DNA of 32,000 nucleotides. It comes from Telmatocola sphagniphila. GTDB taxonomy: Bacteria; Planctomycetota; Planctomycetia; Gemmatales; Gemmataceae. Location: NCBI RefSeq assembly GCF_018398935.1, contig NZ_CP074694.1:1170001-1202000 (forward strand). The letters are read 5' to 3'. Of this stretch, positions 1-8,004 are shown piece by piece. The notes below the pieces were generated by a model. The model made no database searches. It had not been told where the DNA came from and was given only the letters and a program-made list of their open reading frames with translations. How positions within the stretch are numbered: position 1 is the stretch's first letter; each line of letters opens with the position of its first letter. A program made the position numbers and the translations under genes.

Positions 1-984
1 ATTTTCCATATTCAGACGGCTGGACTGGGCCGCCGACTGGAACAAACGAAGTTTCCGCGGACGGCCATCGGAGTCTCGGGTGGTTTGGATTCAACGCTGG
101 CATTACTTGTTCTCTGTAAAACGCTCGATCAGTGTGAGCAAAAAAGAACTTCAATCCGCGCTCTGACGATGCCCGGTTTCGGTACCAGTAGCCGTACCAA
201 AAATAATGCGATTCGACTGATGCAAAGCCTGGGAGTTACTCACGAAGAAATCGATATTCGTGAAATTTGCCTGGCGGAAATGAAATTGTTGGGACAAAAG
301 CCGTTTGGGATCGATTTAGAGGGGCTTAATGTCGGACAGTTCGTCGAGAAATTGAAAACGCTTCCGCCGGAAAAAAACAGCGATGTGGGCTTTGAAAATG
401 TTCAGGCACGCGTCCGTACCAATCTACTCATGAATTCCGGCATGGTGGTCGGTACGGGAGATCTATCCGAACTGGCCCTAGGCTGGTGTACCTACAACGC
501 CGATCACATGAGCATGTACAATGTGAATGTCAGCGTACCCAAGACCCTGGTCAAATTCCTGGTGAAGTGGGCGGCCGAGAACGAATTCTCGGGTGAAGCT
601 CGAAATATTCTGCTCGATATCGTCGATACGGAAATTTCTCCGGAACTTTTACCTCTTGGACCGGAAGGCAAAATTCAGCTCACCGAATCGGTGGTCGGCC
701 CCTACGAATTGGTCGATTTCTTTCTCTACCACTTTTTGCGTTTCGGTTGCTCCCCGCGAAAGATCCTGTTCCTGGCCAGTCAGACCTCATTCGATGGCCA
801 GTATTCGCCGGAGGAAATTCGGAAGTGGTTGAAAATCTTCATATCGAGGTTTTTCAACAATCAATTCAAACGCTCCTGCTTGCCGGACGGTCCGAAGGTC
901 GGCTCGGTGTCCCTCTCCCCGCGGGGAGATTGGCGAATGCCAAGTGATGCGTCGGCCGATCTGTGGCTTTTGGAACTGGAATGA
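1..984 (+). CDS. nadE: Glutamine-dependent NAD+ synthetase, C-terminal synthetase (PP-loop ATP-pyrophosphatase) part; 5' end lies outside the window
   Basis: Frame 1 is open from nt 1 (IFHIQTAGLGRRLEQTKFPRTAIGVSGGLDSTLALLV...), so the track start at 85 is only an internal TTG. SGGLDS PP-loop motif at nt 76-93. GTGDLSELALGWCTYNADHMSMYNVNVSVPKTL matches the long-form NadE signature recalled from M. tuberculosis NadE. Confidence 0.9.
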   Translation: MFHIQTAGLGRRLEQTKFPRTAIGVSGGLDSTLALLVLCKTLDQCEQKRTSIRALTMPGFGTSSRTKNNAIRLMQSLGVTHEEIDIREICLAEMKLLGQKPFGIDLEGLNVGQFVEKLKTLPPEKNSDVGFENVQARVRTNLLMNSGMVVGTGDLSELALGWCTYNADHMSMYNVNVSVPKTLVKFLVKWAAENEFSGEARNILLDIVDTEISPELLPLGPEGKIQLTESVVGPYELVDFFLYHFLRFGCSPRKILFLASQTSFDGQYSPEEIRKWLKIFISRFFNNQFKRSCLPDGPKVGSVSLSPRGDWRMPSDASADLWLLELE

Positions 985-1044
985 ATCAACTAAGCAGCGA
1001 ACTGTTTCCTATAATTATGGGAAGCCTCCCGATAAAGGAATAAC

Positions 1045-1974
1045 ATGAACACAATCAATCGCCGGCAAGCTCTCACGGCGGCGGCAATCCCCATTTTCGC
1101 AAGCTCCGTTCAAGCCAAAGTCACGGACAAGAAATCGACTTTCGGATTCTGCCTGAATACCAGTACCATCCGCGGCCAGAAGCTGCCTGTGGAAGAGGAA
1201 GCGAAACTAGCGGCCAAAGCAGGCTATAACGGCTTCGAGCCTTGGATTTTCGAACTGGACGCTTATTCCCGAAGCGGCAAATCGTTAAAGGATTTGGGAA
1301 AGCTCTTCGCCGATCTGGGCTTGCAGGTACCCAGTGCCATTGGCTTTGCCAAGTGGATTGCGGAGGATGAAAAAGTTCGCAAGGCAGGGCTGGAAGAAGC
1401 GAAACGGGACATGGATAAGTTGCAGCAGATTGGCGGACAACGCATGGCCGCTCCTCCGATTGGGGCAACCGATGTCAGCGGGATGGATATGCTGAAAATC
1501 GCCGAGCGATTTCGGGTGCTCGTGGAACTAGGCGAGCAGATGGGGATTATTCCCGAATGCGAACACTGGGGACATTCCAAAACTTTGAGCCGATTAGGGG
1601 AAGTCACCCTTGTCGCTATGGAATCTAAACGACCCAAGGCGGTTCTACTCCCGGATATTTTCCACCTGTTCAAAGGTGGATCCGATTTCGAAGGTTTGAA
1701 GATGCTTCGGGGAGAATCGATTGGGATCTTCCATATGAACGATTACCCGAAAGATTTACCGCGCGAACGCATCAAGGATGCGGATCGGATCTTCCCGGGT
1801 GACGGGATTGCCCCTTTAAACACCGTTCTAAAAACGCTCCACCAGATCGGTTATCAGGGTTTCCTGTCTCTGGAATTGTTCAACCCGGAATATTACAAGC
1901 GAGATGCTTTTCAGGTCATCAAAACCGGTCTGGAGAAGATGAAGGAGCAGGTCGCCAAGAGTGAGGTTAGCTAG
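1045..1974 (+). CDS. Sugar phosphate isomerase/epimerase (xylose-isomerase-like TIM barrel) with a twin-arginine (Tat) signal peptide
   Basis: 309-aa ORF with AAGGA 5 nt upstream of the ATG. N-terminus MNTINRRQALTAAAIPIFASSVQA has an RR motif, a hydrophobic core and an AxA-like cleavage site. The body (GFEPW..., ECEHWGH, DIFHLF, SLELFNPEY) is typical of the AP-endonuclease-2/xylose-isomerase-like TIM-barrel family. Confidence 0.75.
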   Translation: MNTINRRQALTAAAIPIFASSVQAKVTDKKSTFGFCLNTSTIRGQKLPVEEEAKLAAKAGYNGFEPWIFELDAYSRSGKSLKDLGKLFADLGLQVPSAIGFAKWIAEDEKVRKAGLEEAKRDMDKLQQIGGQRMAAPPIGATDVSGMDMLKIAERFRVLVELGEQMGIIPECEHWGHSKTLSRLGEVTLVAMESKRPKAVLLPDIFHLFKGGSDFEGLKMLRGESIGIFHMNDYPKDLPRERIKDADRIFPGDGIAPLNTVLKTLHQIGYQGFLSLELFNPEYYKRDAFQVIKTGLEKMKEQVAKSEVS

Positions 1975-2452
1975 CTCCAGGTTGCGAAGGCTCTGGTGGG
2001 TTTCCCCGGGCGATGAGCCAGATCATATAGGCCAAACATGTTCCCCACTGCACGCTTGTCCATCGCATGTACCATTCGTGCATTTCACGAAAACTTGCCC
2101 GATCGCGAATAGAGTCCTCTTTAAGATCGATAACGGCTACCATTTCTTCTCGCAGGTTCCAGAGCAAAGCTTGCGTGATAGCCAGGATCAGCCAGCAGAT
2201 CCACATTCCCCGAGGCTTGAATTGCCAGCCTTTCCACCGGAGAAGATCCGCTAGCATGAGCAGAATTGTAAGCGTGCCCAGACCGTTCAGCCAGAGCATG
2301 ACGCGGGCGGTGATTTTCCCCTGTTCAAAAGCAGAGCCCAAAACGTTAGTAGCGATGTACACCACAATCGAGCTGTAGAACATGAATCCGCCCTGCCACC
2401 AGAGAAGGGCAAACCAGAGCAGAAAGGTCCAGAGAATCTCGCTTCGCTTCAT
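1967..2452 (-). CDS. Hypothetical integral membrane protein (about 4 hydrophobic segments)
   Basis: 161-aa ORF with an ATG start. Strongly hydrophobic, Trp-rich segments (ILWTFLLWFALLWWQGGFMFYSSIVVYIA, LWLNGLGTLTILLMLADLL, MWICWLILAITQALLW, WGTCLAYMIWLIA). Its 3' end overlaps the convergent gene by 8 nt. I recognise no family. Confidence 0.6.
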   Translation of the reverse strand: MKRSEILWTFLLWFALLWWQGGFMFYSSIVVYIATNVLGSAFEQGKITARVMLWLNGLGTLTILLMLADLLRWKGWQFKPRGMWICWLILAITQALLWNLREEMVAVIDLKEDSIRDRASFREMHEWYMRWTSVQWGTCLAYMIWLIARGNPPEPSQPGAS

Positions 2453-2613
2453 GGAACTGTTTGTATTGAAAAAAATGAATTTTCAAAAGTGTTTGCTAAG
2501 GGAGGAAGTTGGCAGGCGGCAGACTAAAAAAATGACAGCATCTTTCGAGTCAACCAGTCGCATTAAAGCGCTGGTTAATGGTTGATATTCTTAATTGAAA
2601 AATGGAAGAGGAA

Positions 2614-2832
2614 TTACTTCCCTGCGCCACCAGCACGATCCGGAAGATTGGCAGGTGGTGGTTTTTTGCTATTTCCTTTAACTATTTTTAGCGGACCTTT
2701 TGATGCCCCTCCACCCTCTCCACCCAAACCAGGAGGTAGTGTTTTTGCAGGGGGCGGTTCTGAACTGGAACCACAGCCAATCATCGAAAAGGATACCAGC
2801 AAAATCAGCATGAGCCGAAAACAAGCTGACAT
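2614..2832 (-). CDS. Small lipoprotein with a Pro/Gly-rich low-complexity tail
   Basis: ATG at 2832 with GGGAG 9 nt upstream (the track start at 2841 is a TTG). Signal peptide plus lipobox (MSACFRLMLILLVSFSMIGC|GSS). The mature part is PPPAKTLPPGLGGEGGGASKGP... The antisense 90-aa ORF on the + strand has no such signal. Confidence 0.5.
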   Translation of the reverse strand: MSACFRLMLILLVSFSMIGCGSSSEPPPAKTLPPGLGGEGGGASKGPLKIVKGNSKKPPPANLPDRAGGAGK

Positions 2833-2853
2833 ACTGTACAACTCCCGAGTGTG

Positions 2854-2887
2854 AAAAAAAATTGCAGATTAGCATGAGCTAATCTGC
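2854..2887 (-). terminator. Rho-independent terminator between DUF1559 gene #1 and the small lipoprotein gene
   Basis: Perfect 10-bp stem gcagattagc / gctaatctgc (2864-2873 / 2878-2887) with a 4-nt loop. On the minus strand it is followed by AA and a run of 8 T (plus-strand A-run 2854-2861). Confidence 0.65.
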
Positions 2888-2919
2888 GTTGTTTAAACCG
2901 GCATGAGCTTGGTTAACGA

Positions 2920-3957
2920 TTAGTTGCCGAAAGCAGAGGTAACAATGCCGTCAGCCATGCCGCCCGCCGCCTGGAAAACCCAGTAGTCGATCGAAGTGTT
3001 GACAGTATGTACCGAGCCGTCTTGGTATGCGAAGTTCACAACGCCAGTATGCTGACTGCTGTATTGATACCATTGCAGTGGGTTACCAGTGAGACCCCAT
3101 TGCGTCGGCATCCCGCCCGAACCCATCCAAGCGCAGACGAAGTCCCGAGGGCCTTTGTTCACACCCGTGAGAGATTCACCGAATGCGATTGTGTTTGAGG
3201 TTCCATCAGTAATCGAAACGATGGACGTCTTCGAGTTGGGATAATAAATTCCCTGGTAGTTTACCGGGGAGGTAGCACCGGGAGGAGTCGCCATGCTGGA
3301 AGCCTGGCTCCCATCCCAACCCGAACAAGCTACATAGTTGGTTCGGCCCCATTCGTGTCCGAAGCCGGGGGTGTCGTACACATAGTCATTTTCGTAAGAA
3401 CCATTATCGAGAATGAAAGCATCCCAAATCCCGCCGGTCACCGAGCCGTAAAGGCCACCGTCTGAAGGACATTCGTAGGACTTGATGCGATTCAAAGTAA
3501 AGGGGACAGCACCGGTTAAGTTGCCGTCTGAAGATTTTGGACTACCGTAATAAGCCCACGCTCCTTGAGTCGTATTGAATGTAAAGAAACCTTGAGTTCC
3601 AGGAGTTGCCGCTGCAACGATACCGTTGTAAGTGTTCTGCTGTTCCATGTAAGGCAGCAAATAAGTCAGGAAGCTCGTGAACGGTCCGGAGATGGGAGGT
3701 GATTCCCAAGGGTTGGCAACGGAATTGGGGCTAACGTTGCTCGACGGAGGCAAGTATCCGTAAGCGCTTTCGTAGTTCATGGAAGCCAGACCAATCTGCT
3801 TCAGATTGTTTTGGCAGCTCATACGAGCAGCCGCTTCACGAACCTTCTGAACTGCGGGTAACAGCAAACCGATCAGGATGGCTATGATCGCAATCACAAC
3901 CAAAAGTTCGATCAGCGTGAAGGCCTTTCTTGCGGGCCTTCGGGGAAATGTGAACAT
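2920..3957 (-). CDS. DUF1559 / H-X9-DG family protein with a prepilin-type N-terminal cleavage/methylation motif (paralog 1)
   Basis: Start chosen at ATG 3957 ([58 protein letters not shown]) with GAGGAG just upstream. The 33-codon upstream extension in the track looks non-coding. C-terminal [12 protein letters not shown] matches the H-X9-DG motif (TIGR04294-type) of this planctomycete/verrucomicrobial expansion family. Confidence 0.9.
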   Translation of the reverse strand: MFTFPRRPARKAFTLIELLVVIAIIAILIGLLLPAVQKVREAAARMSCQNNLKQIGLASMNYESAYGYLPPSSNVSPNSVANPWESPPISGPFTSFLTYLLPYMEQQNTYNGIVAAATPGTQGFFTFNTTQGAWAYYGSPKSSDGNLTGAVPFTLNRIKSYECPSDGGLYGSVTGGIWDAFILDNGSYENDYVYDTPGFGHEWGRTNYVACSGWDGSQASSMATPPGATSPVNYQGIYYPNSKTSIVSITDGTSNTIAFGESLTGVNKGPRDFVCAWMGSGGMPTQWGLTGNPLQWYQYSSQHTGVVNFAYQDGSVHTVNTSIDYWVFQAAGGMADGIVTSAFGN

Positions 3958-4408
3958 CCTGGACTCCTCAAAAAAAATATGAAACCATATGGGAGACAAA
4001 AGCCTAGATGTCGATACAATTGACTGCCCGAGAGAATGATGAAGAGAGCAGTACAACTGCAGGGCGAGAAATTTTCTACATATGAACCATCTTCATCGAA
4101 TCATCGTAAAGACCCGATAGACGATTGTAAAGGCATTTTCTTACACTAAATCTTTATTTATCACTTGCTGATTTTTTGAAGCGATTTGGTGCCTTTTCCT
4201 CGGAGAATTGTGCGCTAATATGATGAATTTATTATAATTTATTTTATTGCCGACCGCATAATAGGAGTCGTTTGGGATCTGGTTGGACACTTGTTTTTAG
4301 GGAAAATTGGTCGCAGGGAAAAGCTGAAAACTACGACCAGACCAACTATTAAGAAAATGTAATTAAACTTGAATGAATCTTCCTTAGCCCACGGTTCTGA
4401 CTCAGATA

Positions 4409-5863
4409 TTATTCGATTTCATCCGCCGCATTATCTTCCATGTCCTCGTTATGTTGTTCCACAGTCGCCAGAGATTTGAGAATCTGTTTCAGACTCACCG
4501 GACGAACTAAAACGGTGACGTTAGGCCGCTTCTTAAAATTCCCAACGAGTGAAGATTGATTCTCCGATAGGATGAGGACCCCCGTACATTCCATTCGTGT
4601 GTATTCTGCCTCATCCATTACGGATTCGAAGGCGGCGATTCCTTCATCTCCCGCCGTACCCACGTCGACGATCAAAGCAGAAAAGGGATTTTGCTTGAAT
4701 CGCTCCAACACACGATCGGAGTGAATGGAAATTAAAACCCGATAGCCATATTTTTTCAGCCGTTCTCGAAAAACGTTCTGGAGTCCTTCGTGATGTTCGA
4801 CCACGAACACTGTTTTGGGCCCCACGGCTTTTTTGATGCCCTGCTCCCCGGCCAGTTCCGCGCGGGCATGCTGGACCGCATCCACGAGCACCTGAGGGTT
4901 CTGAAATCTTGCCGCAGGTTCAAATGCCACCATCTTCTGCAATAAACCGAAGATAGGACCGGGCAACTCCGGATCGTCCCGACGAAGCTTATCCGCAAGA
5001 CGAAATCGATTCGGATTTTTCCGAGCTCTCAGGTCCCGAGTCATTTCCAAAAGCGGCTCGCCCTTGAGCATCTGATAAAAGACGCAACCCAGAAAGAAGA
5101 TATCGCTTCGGATATCCCCGGCCTTGGTCCCAGTGGCCTTCTCCAATCCCACGTAGTCCACCGACTGATCGACGGTTCCTTCCACGTCTTGGCGGGAACC
5201 GGTTAATTCCGCGAGACCGAAGTCCACCAATTTTGCGTTTTTTGCGGTGGCGATCAGAATGTTAGTTGCTTTGATATCGCGGTGAGTCATGCCTCGCGAA
5301 TAGGCGTACCCCAGCCCAGCAGCGGTTTCTTCGAGCAGCCTCAAGGCTTCCGCGGGTTGGAGTTTTTTGCGAATTTTCAGGAAGTCGCGAAGGTTTCCCC
5401 CTTCGACGAATTCCATCACGATGTAGTATTGACCCGTGGAAGGATCCCGATTTACCGCAAGGATTTCGACGATGTTCGGGTGCTTCAGTTCGAGCCCGTT
5501 CTTCCCTTCCCGCTCGAAGAGATCTACTTTCCGGGCGTCCATCAAATGCTTTTTTCGGAGCACTTTAATGGCCACAATCTGACCAGAACGCGGATCGTCG
5601 GCCCGGTAAACGCGACCGAACGTACCGGAAGCGATTTTGTATAGGATCCGAAAGCCACCCAGAATGTAGCCGTCGTAATCCCCCTTGATCAACTTGTTGG
5701 CTTGAAAGGGTGTCAGATACGCCTTGCGCTCGAAGATTTTCAGAACGGCCTCGGCCGAACGTTCCAAGGGGGGAAGTTCTCCGAGACATTCTTCCATCTG
5801 TTCGATGGTGACTAGGCCGTAGCGGACCGCTTGCTGAGCGATAGTGTTCGCATCCATGGACAT
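4409..5863 (-). CDS. Hanks-type Ser/Thr protein kinase with a C-terminal receiver-like (degenerate REC) domain
   Basis: Kinase motifs: ASGTFGRV (Gly loop), VAIKVL (catalytic Lys), HRDIKATN and DFG. C-terminal about 117 aa (nt 4466-4816) aligns by eye to CheY-like receivers. The first ATG is at 5863 and the track start at 5869 is a TTG; the exact start is uncertain by 2-4 codons. Confidence 0.85.
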   Translation of the reverse strand: MSMDANTIAQQAVRYGLVTIEQMEECLGELPPLERSAEAVLKIFERKAYLTPFQANKLIKGDYDGYILGGFRILYKIASGTFGRVYRADDPRSGQIVAIKVLRKKHLMDARKVDLFEREGKNGLELKHPNIVEILAVNRDPSTGQYYIVMEFVEGGNLRDFLKIRKKLQPAEALRLLEETAAGLGYAYSRGMTHRDIKATNILIATAKNAKLVDFGLAELTGSRQDVEGTVDQSVDYVGLEKATGTKAGDIRSDIFFLGCVFYQMLKGEPLLEMTRDLRARKNPNRFRLADKLRRDDPELPGPIFGLLQKMVAFEPAARFQNPQVLVDAVQHARAELAGEQGIKKAVGPKTVFVVEHHEGLQNVFRERLKKYGYRVLISIHSDRVLERFKQNPFSALIVDVGTAGDEGIAAFESVMDEAEYTRMECTGVLILSENQSSLVGNFKKRPNVTVLVRPVSLKQILKSLATVEQHNEDMEDNAADEIE

Positions 5864-6107
5864 TTTCAAGTGATCCGAAATAAAAGCACAATTCCGATTT
5901 CTAATATTTTACCTATCGAAACGGCTGCTTGCAATTCGCTAGTTGCCCAATGCTCCTAGATTCCTGGAGTAACTGGCTAAAGGTCCGGTGATAGCTGTGG
6001 GAACGGTTTTCCCCGGAATTCCACTTGCATTCATTCTGACAGTAATTCACAATTTGAACACCATTCCCACCCTACGCTGGCCGCTCAAATTCGAGTGGAG
6101 AATTTCG

Positions 6108-6938
6108 ATGAAATTCTACTTGATCGTCGCTAAAGGCAAAAAACAAGGTATGCCCATTCCGATCGATGTCGATCTGTTCGTGGTGGGCCGTGAAAAAATG
6201 TGCCAGCTTCGTTCCGAACACGAACTCGTGGGGGATCAGCACTGTGCTTTCCAGGTTCGGGATCGCAAAGTTTTTCTCCTCGATTTCGATAGTGGTCACC
6301 CGACGATTGTGAACGAGGCGATCGTCCCGCCCAGCGAAGAATGGCCCCTCCACGCGGGAGACCTGATCGATATCGGGCCGATGAGATTTATGATCCATTA
6401 CCACGAAAAGTCCCTGTCTCAAAAAGATCTGGAGGAGTGGGCAGCGAAATGTCTGGATTTTGACAGCGAACGAAAAATCCCCACCCATCAGAGGGAAATC
6501 TGGGAGGAGGAGGCTGAGCCGAGCGAGTTGGATAACGCTTCGTCCGTGGCCGGTGCAATTATCGATCGCTTGAATGCCGCGAAGGGAATCGTCAAAGGTC
6601 GCTTGAGGATATCCCGAGAGGAAGGTCTCACGATCATCAAGCTAAACGATATCTATCTGGTTGAGGAAGCGGAGCTTACACTGATTAAGAAGGAATTGCA
6701 CGATAACCTGAACCGGAGCAACTTGAAAGTCGTCGTCGATCTCAAAAATGTGCAGCGCATGTCCAGCCAGGGGGCGGAAATGTTTGGAGAATTGGCGACC
6801 TGGCTGAAAAAGCAAGGGAGCAACTTGGCTTTATGCCGGGTGCGAGCGGATATTGCGGGCATGTTGCATTCATTCCCCGCCACGAAACATCTACTTATTT
6901 ATCGGAACAAAGAAGCGGCTCTTCTGGGAAAATGGTAG
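6108..6938 (+). CDS. FHA domain - STAS (anti-sigma-factor-antagonist-like) domain fusion protein
   Basis: ATG at 6108 with GGAG about 10 nt upstream. The 40-codon upstream extension in the track is discarded. N-terminal FHA-like pattern: VVGREKMCQLRSEHELVGDQHCAF...LLDFDSGHPTIVNEAIV...LHAGDLIDIGPMRF. C-terminal SpoIIAA/RsbV-like STAS pattern: LTIIKLNDIYLVEEAELTLIKKEL...KVVVDLKNVQRMSSQGAEMFGEL. Confidence 0.8.
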   Translation: MKFYLIVAKGKKQGMPIPIDVDLFVVGREKMCQLRSEHELVGDQHCAFQVRDRKVFLLDFDSGHPTIVNEAIVPPSEEWPLHAGDLIDIGPMRFMIHYHEKSLSQKDLEEWAAKCLDFDSERKIPTHQREIWEEEAEPSELDNASSVAGAIIDRLNAAKGIVKGRLRISREEGLTIIKLNDIYLVEEAELTLIKKELHDNLNRSNLKVVVDLKNVQRMSSQGAEMFGELATWLKKQGSNLALCRVRADIAGMLHSFPATKHLLIYRNKEAALLGKW

Positions 6939-7101
6939 ATAGATTACAATTGAAGAGCTTTTTGGTTTTCTAGATTACCAAAGCCGTTCCATCTTGACAC
7001 GTCTTAGTTTCACATCCGCCTTGACCTTCCTACCGGCAGTGGTTATTTCACTCCCTGAAACTAAAAATCCGACCGCGTTCTTCGTCGGCCAGGAGCCAAC
7101 C

Positions 7102-8004
7102 GTGCGGAAAGCATTCATAGCAGTTCGATGTCAATTCGCTCCTTCGATAGCCGTTGTCGGGGCTCTATCCCTGTTGACTGCGGGTTGTGGTCTGACGGGC
7201 GATCAGATCACCAGCAAGCGTTTTCGAGACGAACCCTTCAAGATGACATTTGGCCAACGCGAAGAGCCGATGTCCGTTTTGACTCGCGATAATGCGGAAG
7301 GGGACGAACGCATCGATGCGATGCAGCGGTTGCAGGAACCGATGAGTCGAGGGGGTTCGAAGACTGAGCAAGATACCGCTATCCGGATCTTGACTGAGAT
7401 CGCAACTTCCGATCCGCAAGGCATGTGCCGTCTGGCAGCTGTCGAAGCTTTAGGACGGTTTCAGGATCCTCGAGCCGGTGTAGCTTTGATGCAAGCCTAT
7501 CAGAATGCACCGATCAATACTTTGAATGGAACGCATATCGTTTTGCAGGCGGCCTATAATCCGACCACACCCGGAGCCCGTCAGGCCGGTAATTTTACGC
7601 TGGATATGATTGCGCGAATCCAGGAACAGACTATGGAGTCGATCGGTAAATGTAAGAGTCCGGAAGGAAAGGCTCTCCTGATCGAAACAGCGATGCGCTC
7701 CACCAAGAAAACGGAGCAGAAGGAAGAATTGACATTCAATTCTTCGTACGATGCGGAACACTATCGCTTCGATATCCGACTGGCCGCGATCCATGCCCTC
7801 CGAAATTATGTTGGAGATATGCAGGTTGCCAAGACTCTCATCGAAATACTACAGTCCGAGCGTGAGATTGCCGTGCAACACCGTTGCATCGAAGCCCTCA
7901 AGGCCGTTACCAATCAAGATCACGGCAATGTCCCGCAAGCCTGGATCGACAGCTGGAAGACGAGCAGTGCGGCTATGGCTGCCGGAGCCGGGGCACGAAA
8001 ATAA
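7102..8004 (+). CDS. HEAT-repeat lipoprotein
   Basis: GTG at 7102 is preceded by AGGAG (7091-7095). Signal peptide plus lipobox (VRKAFIAVRCQFAPSIAVVGALSLLTAGC|G). Repeated HEAT/PBS-lyase-like units (CRLAAVEALGRFQDPRA, IRLAAIHALRNYVGD, VQHRCIEALKAVTNQD). The track start at TTG 6994 is possible but lacks an SD. Confidence 0.65.
   Translation: MRKAFIAVRCQFAPSIAVVGALSLLTAGCGLTGDQITSKRFRDEPFKMTFGQREEPMSVLTRDNAEGDERIDAMQRLQEPMSRGGSKTEQDTAIRILTEIATSDPQGMCRLAAVEALGRFQDPRAGVALMQAYQNAPINTLNGTHIVLQAAYNPTTPGARQAGNFTLDMIARIQEQTMESIGKCKSPEGKALLIETAMRSTKKTEQKEELTFNSSYDAEHYRFDIRLAAIHALRNYVGDMQVAKTLIEILQSEREIAVQHRCIEALKAVTNQDHGNVPQAWIDSWKTSSAAMAAGAGARK

Noticed and set aside
2582-2854. A 90-aa plus-strand ORF overlapping the small lipoprotein ORF
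   Set aside because: The minus-strand frame has an SD, a signal peptide and a lipobox. The plus-strand frame has neither a start context nor any recognisable feature. Both are low-complexity, so confidence in either remains modest.
4217-4228. A shared 12-mer, AATATGAT(G/A)AAT, upstream of both DUF1559 genes (4217-4228 and 11523-11534)
   Set aside because: A rough estimate for two AT-rich regions of about 450 and 270 bp, both strands, predicts on the order of ten or more chance 11/12 matches. The distances to the start codons also differ, about 260 nt versus about 70 nt. I treated it as noise.
5988-6107. N-terminal extensions offered by the ORF track: 5988-6107 for the FHA-STAS gene, 3958-4056 for DUF1559 #1, 6994-7101 for the HEAT lipoprotein, and 15593-15655 for the HIT gene
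   Set aside because: In each case an internal start codon has a proper SD and gives the expected family N-terminus (FHA start, prepilin leader, signal peptide, WAPWR). The extensions begin at non-ATG codons or read as non-coding sequence.
7973-8004. Overlapping convergent gene ends (32 nt at 7973-8004, 8 nt at 1967-1974, 4 nt at 19312-19315), considered as a possible antisense-regulation feature
   Set aside because: Short convergent 3' overlaps are common in compact bacterial genomes. Nothing in the sequence, such as conserved structure, suggests a dedicated function.
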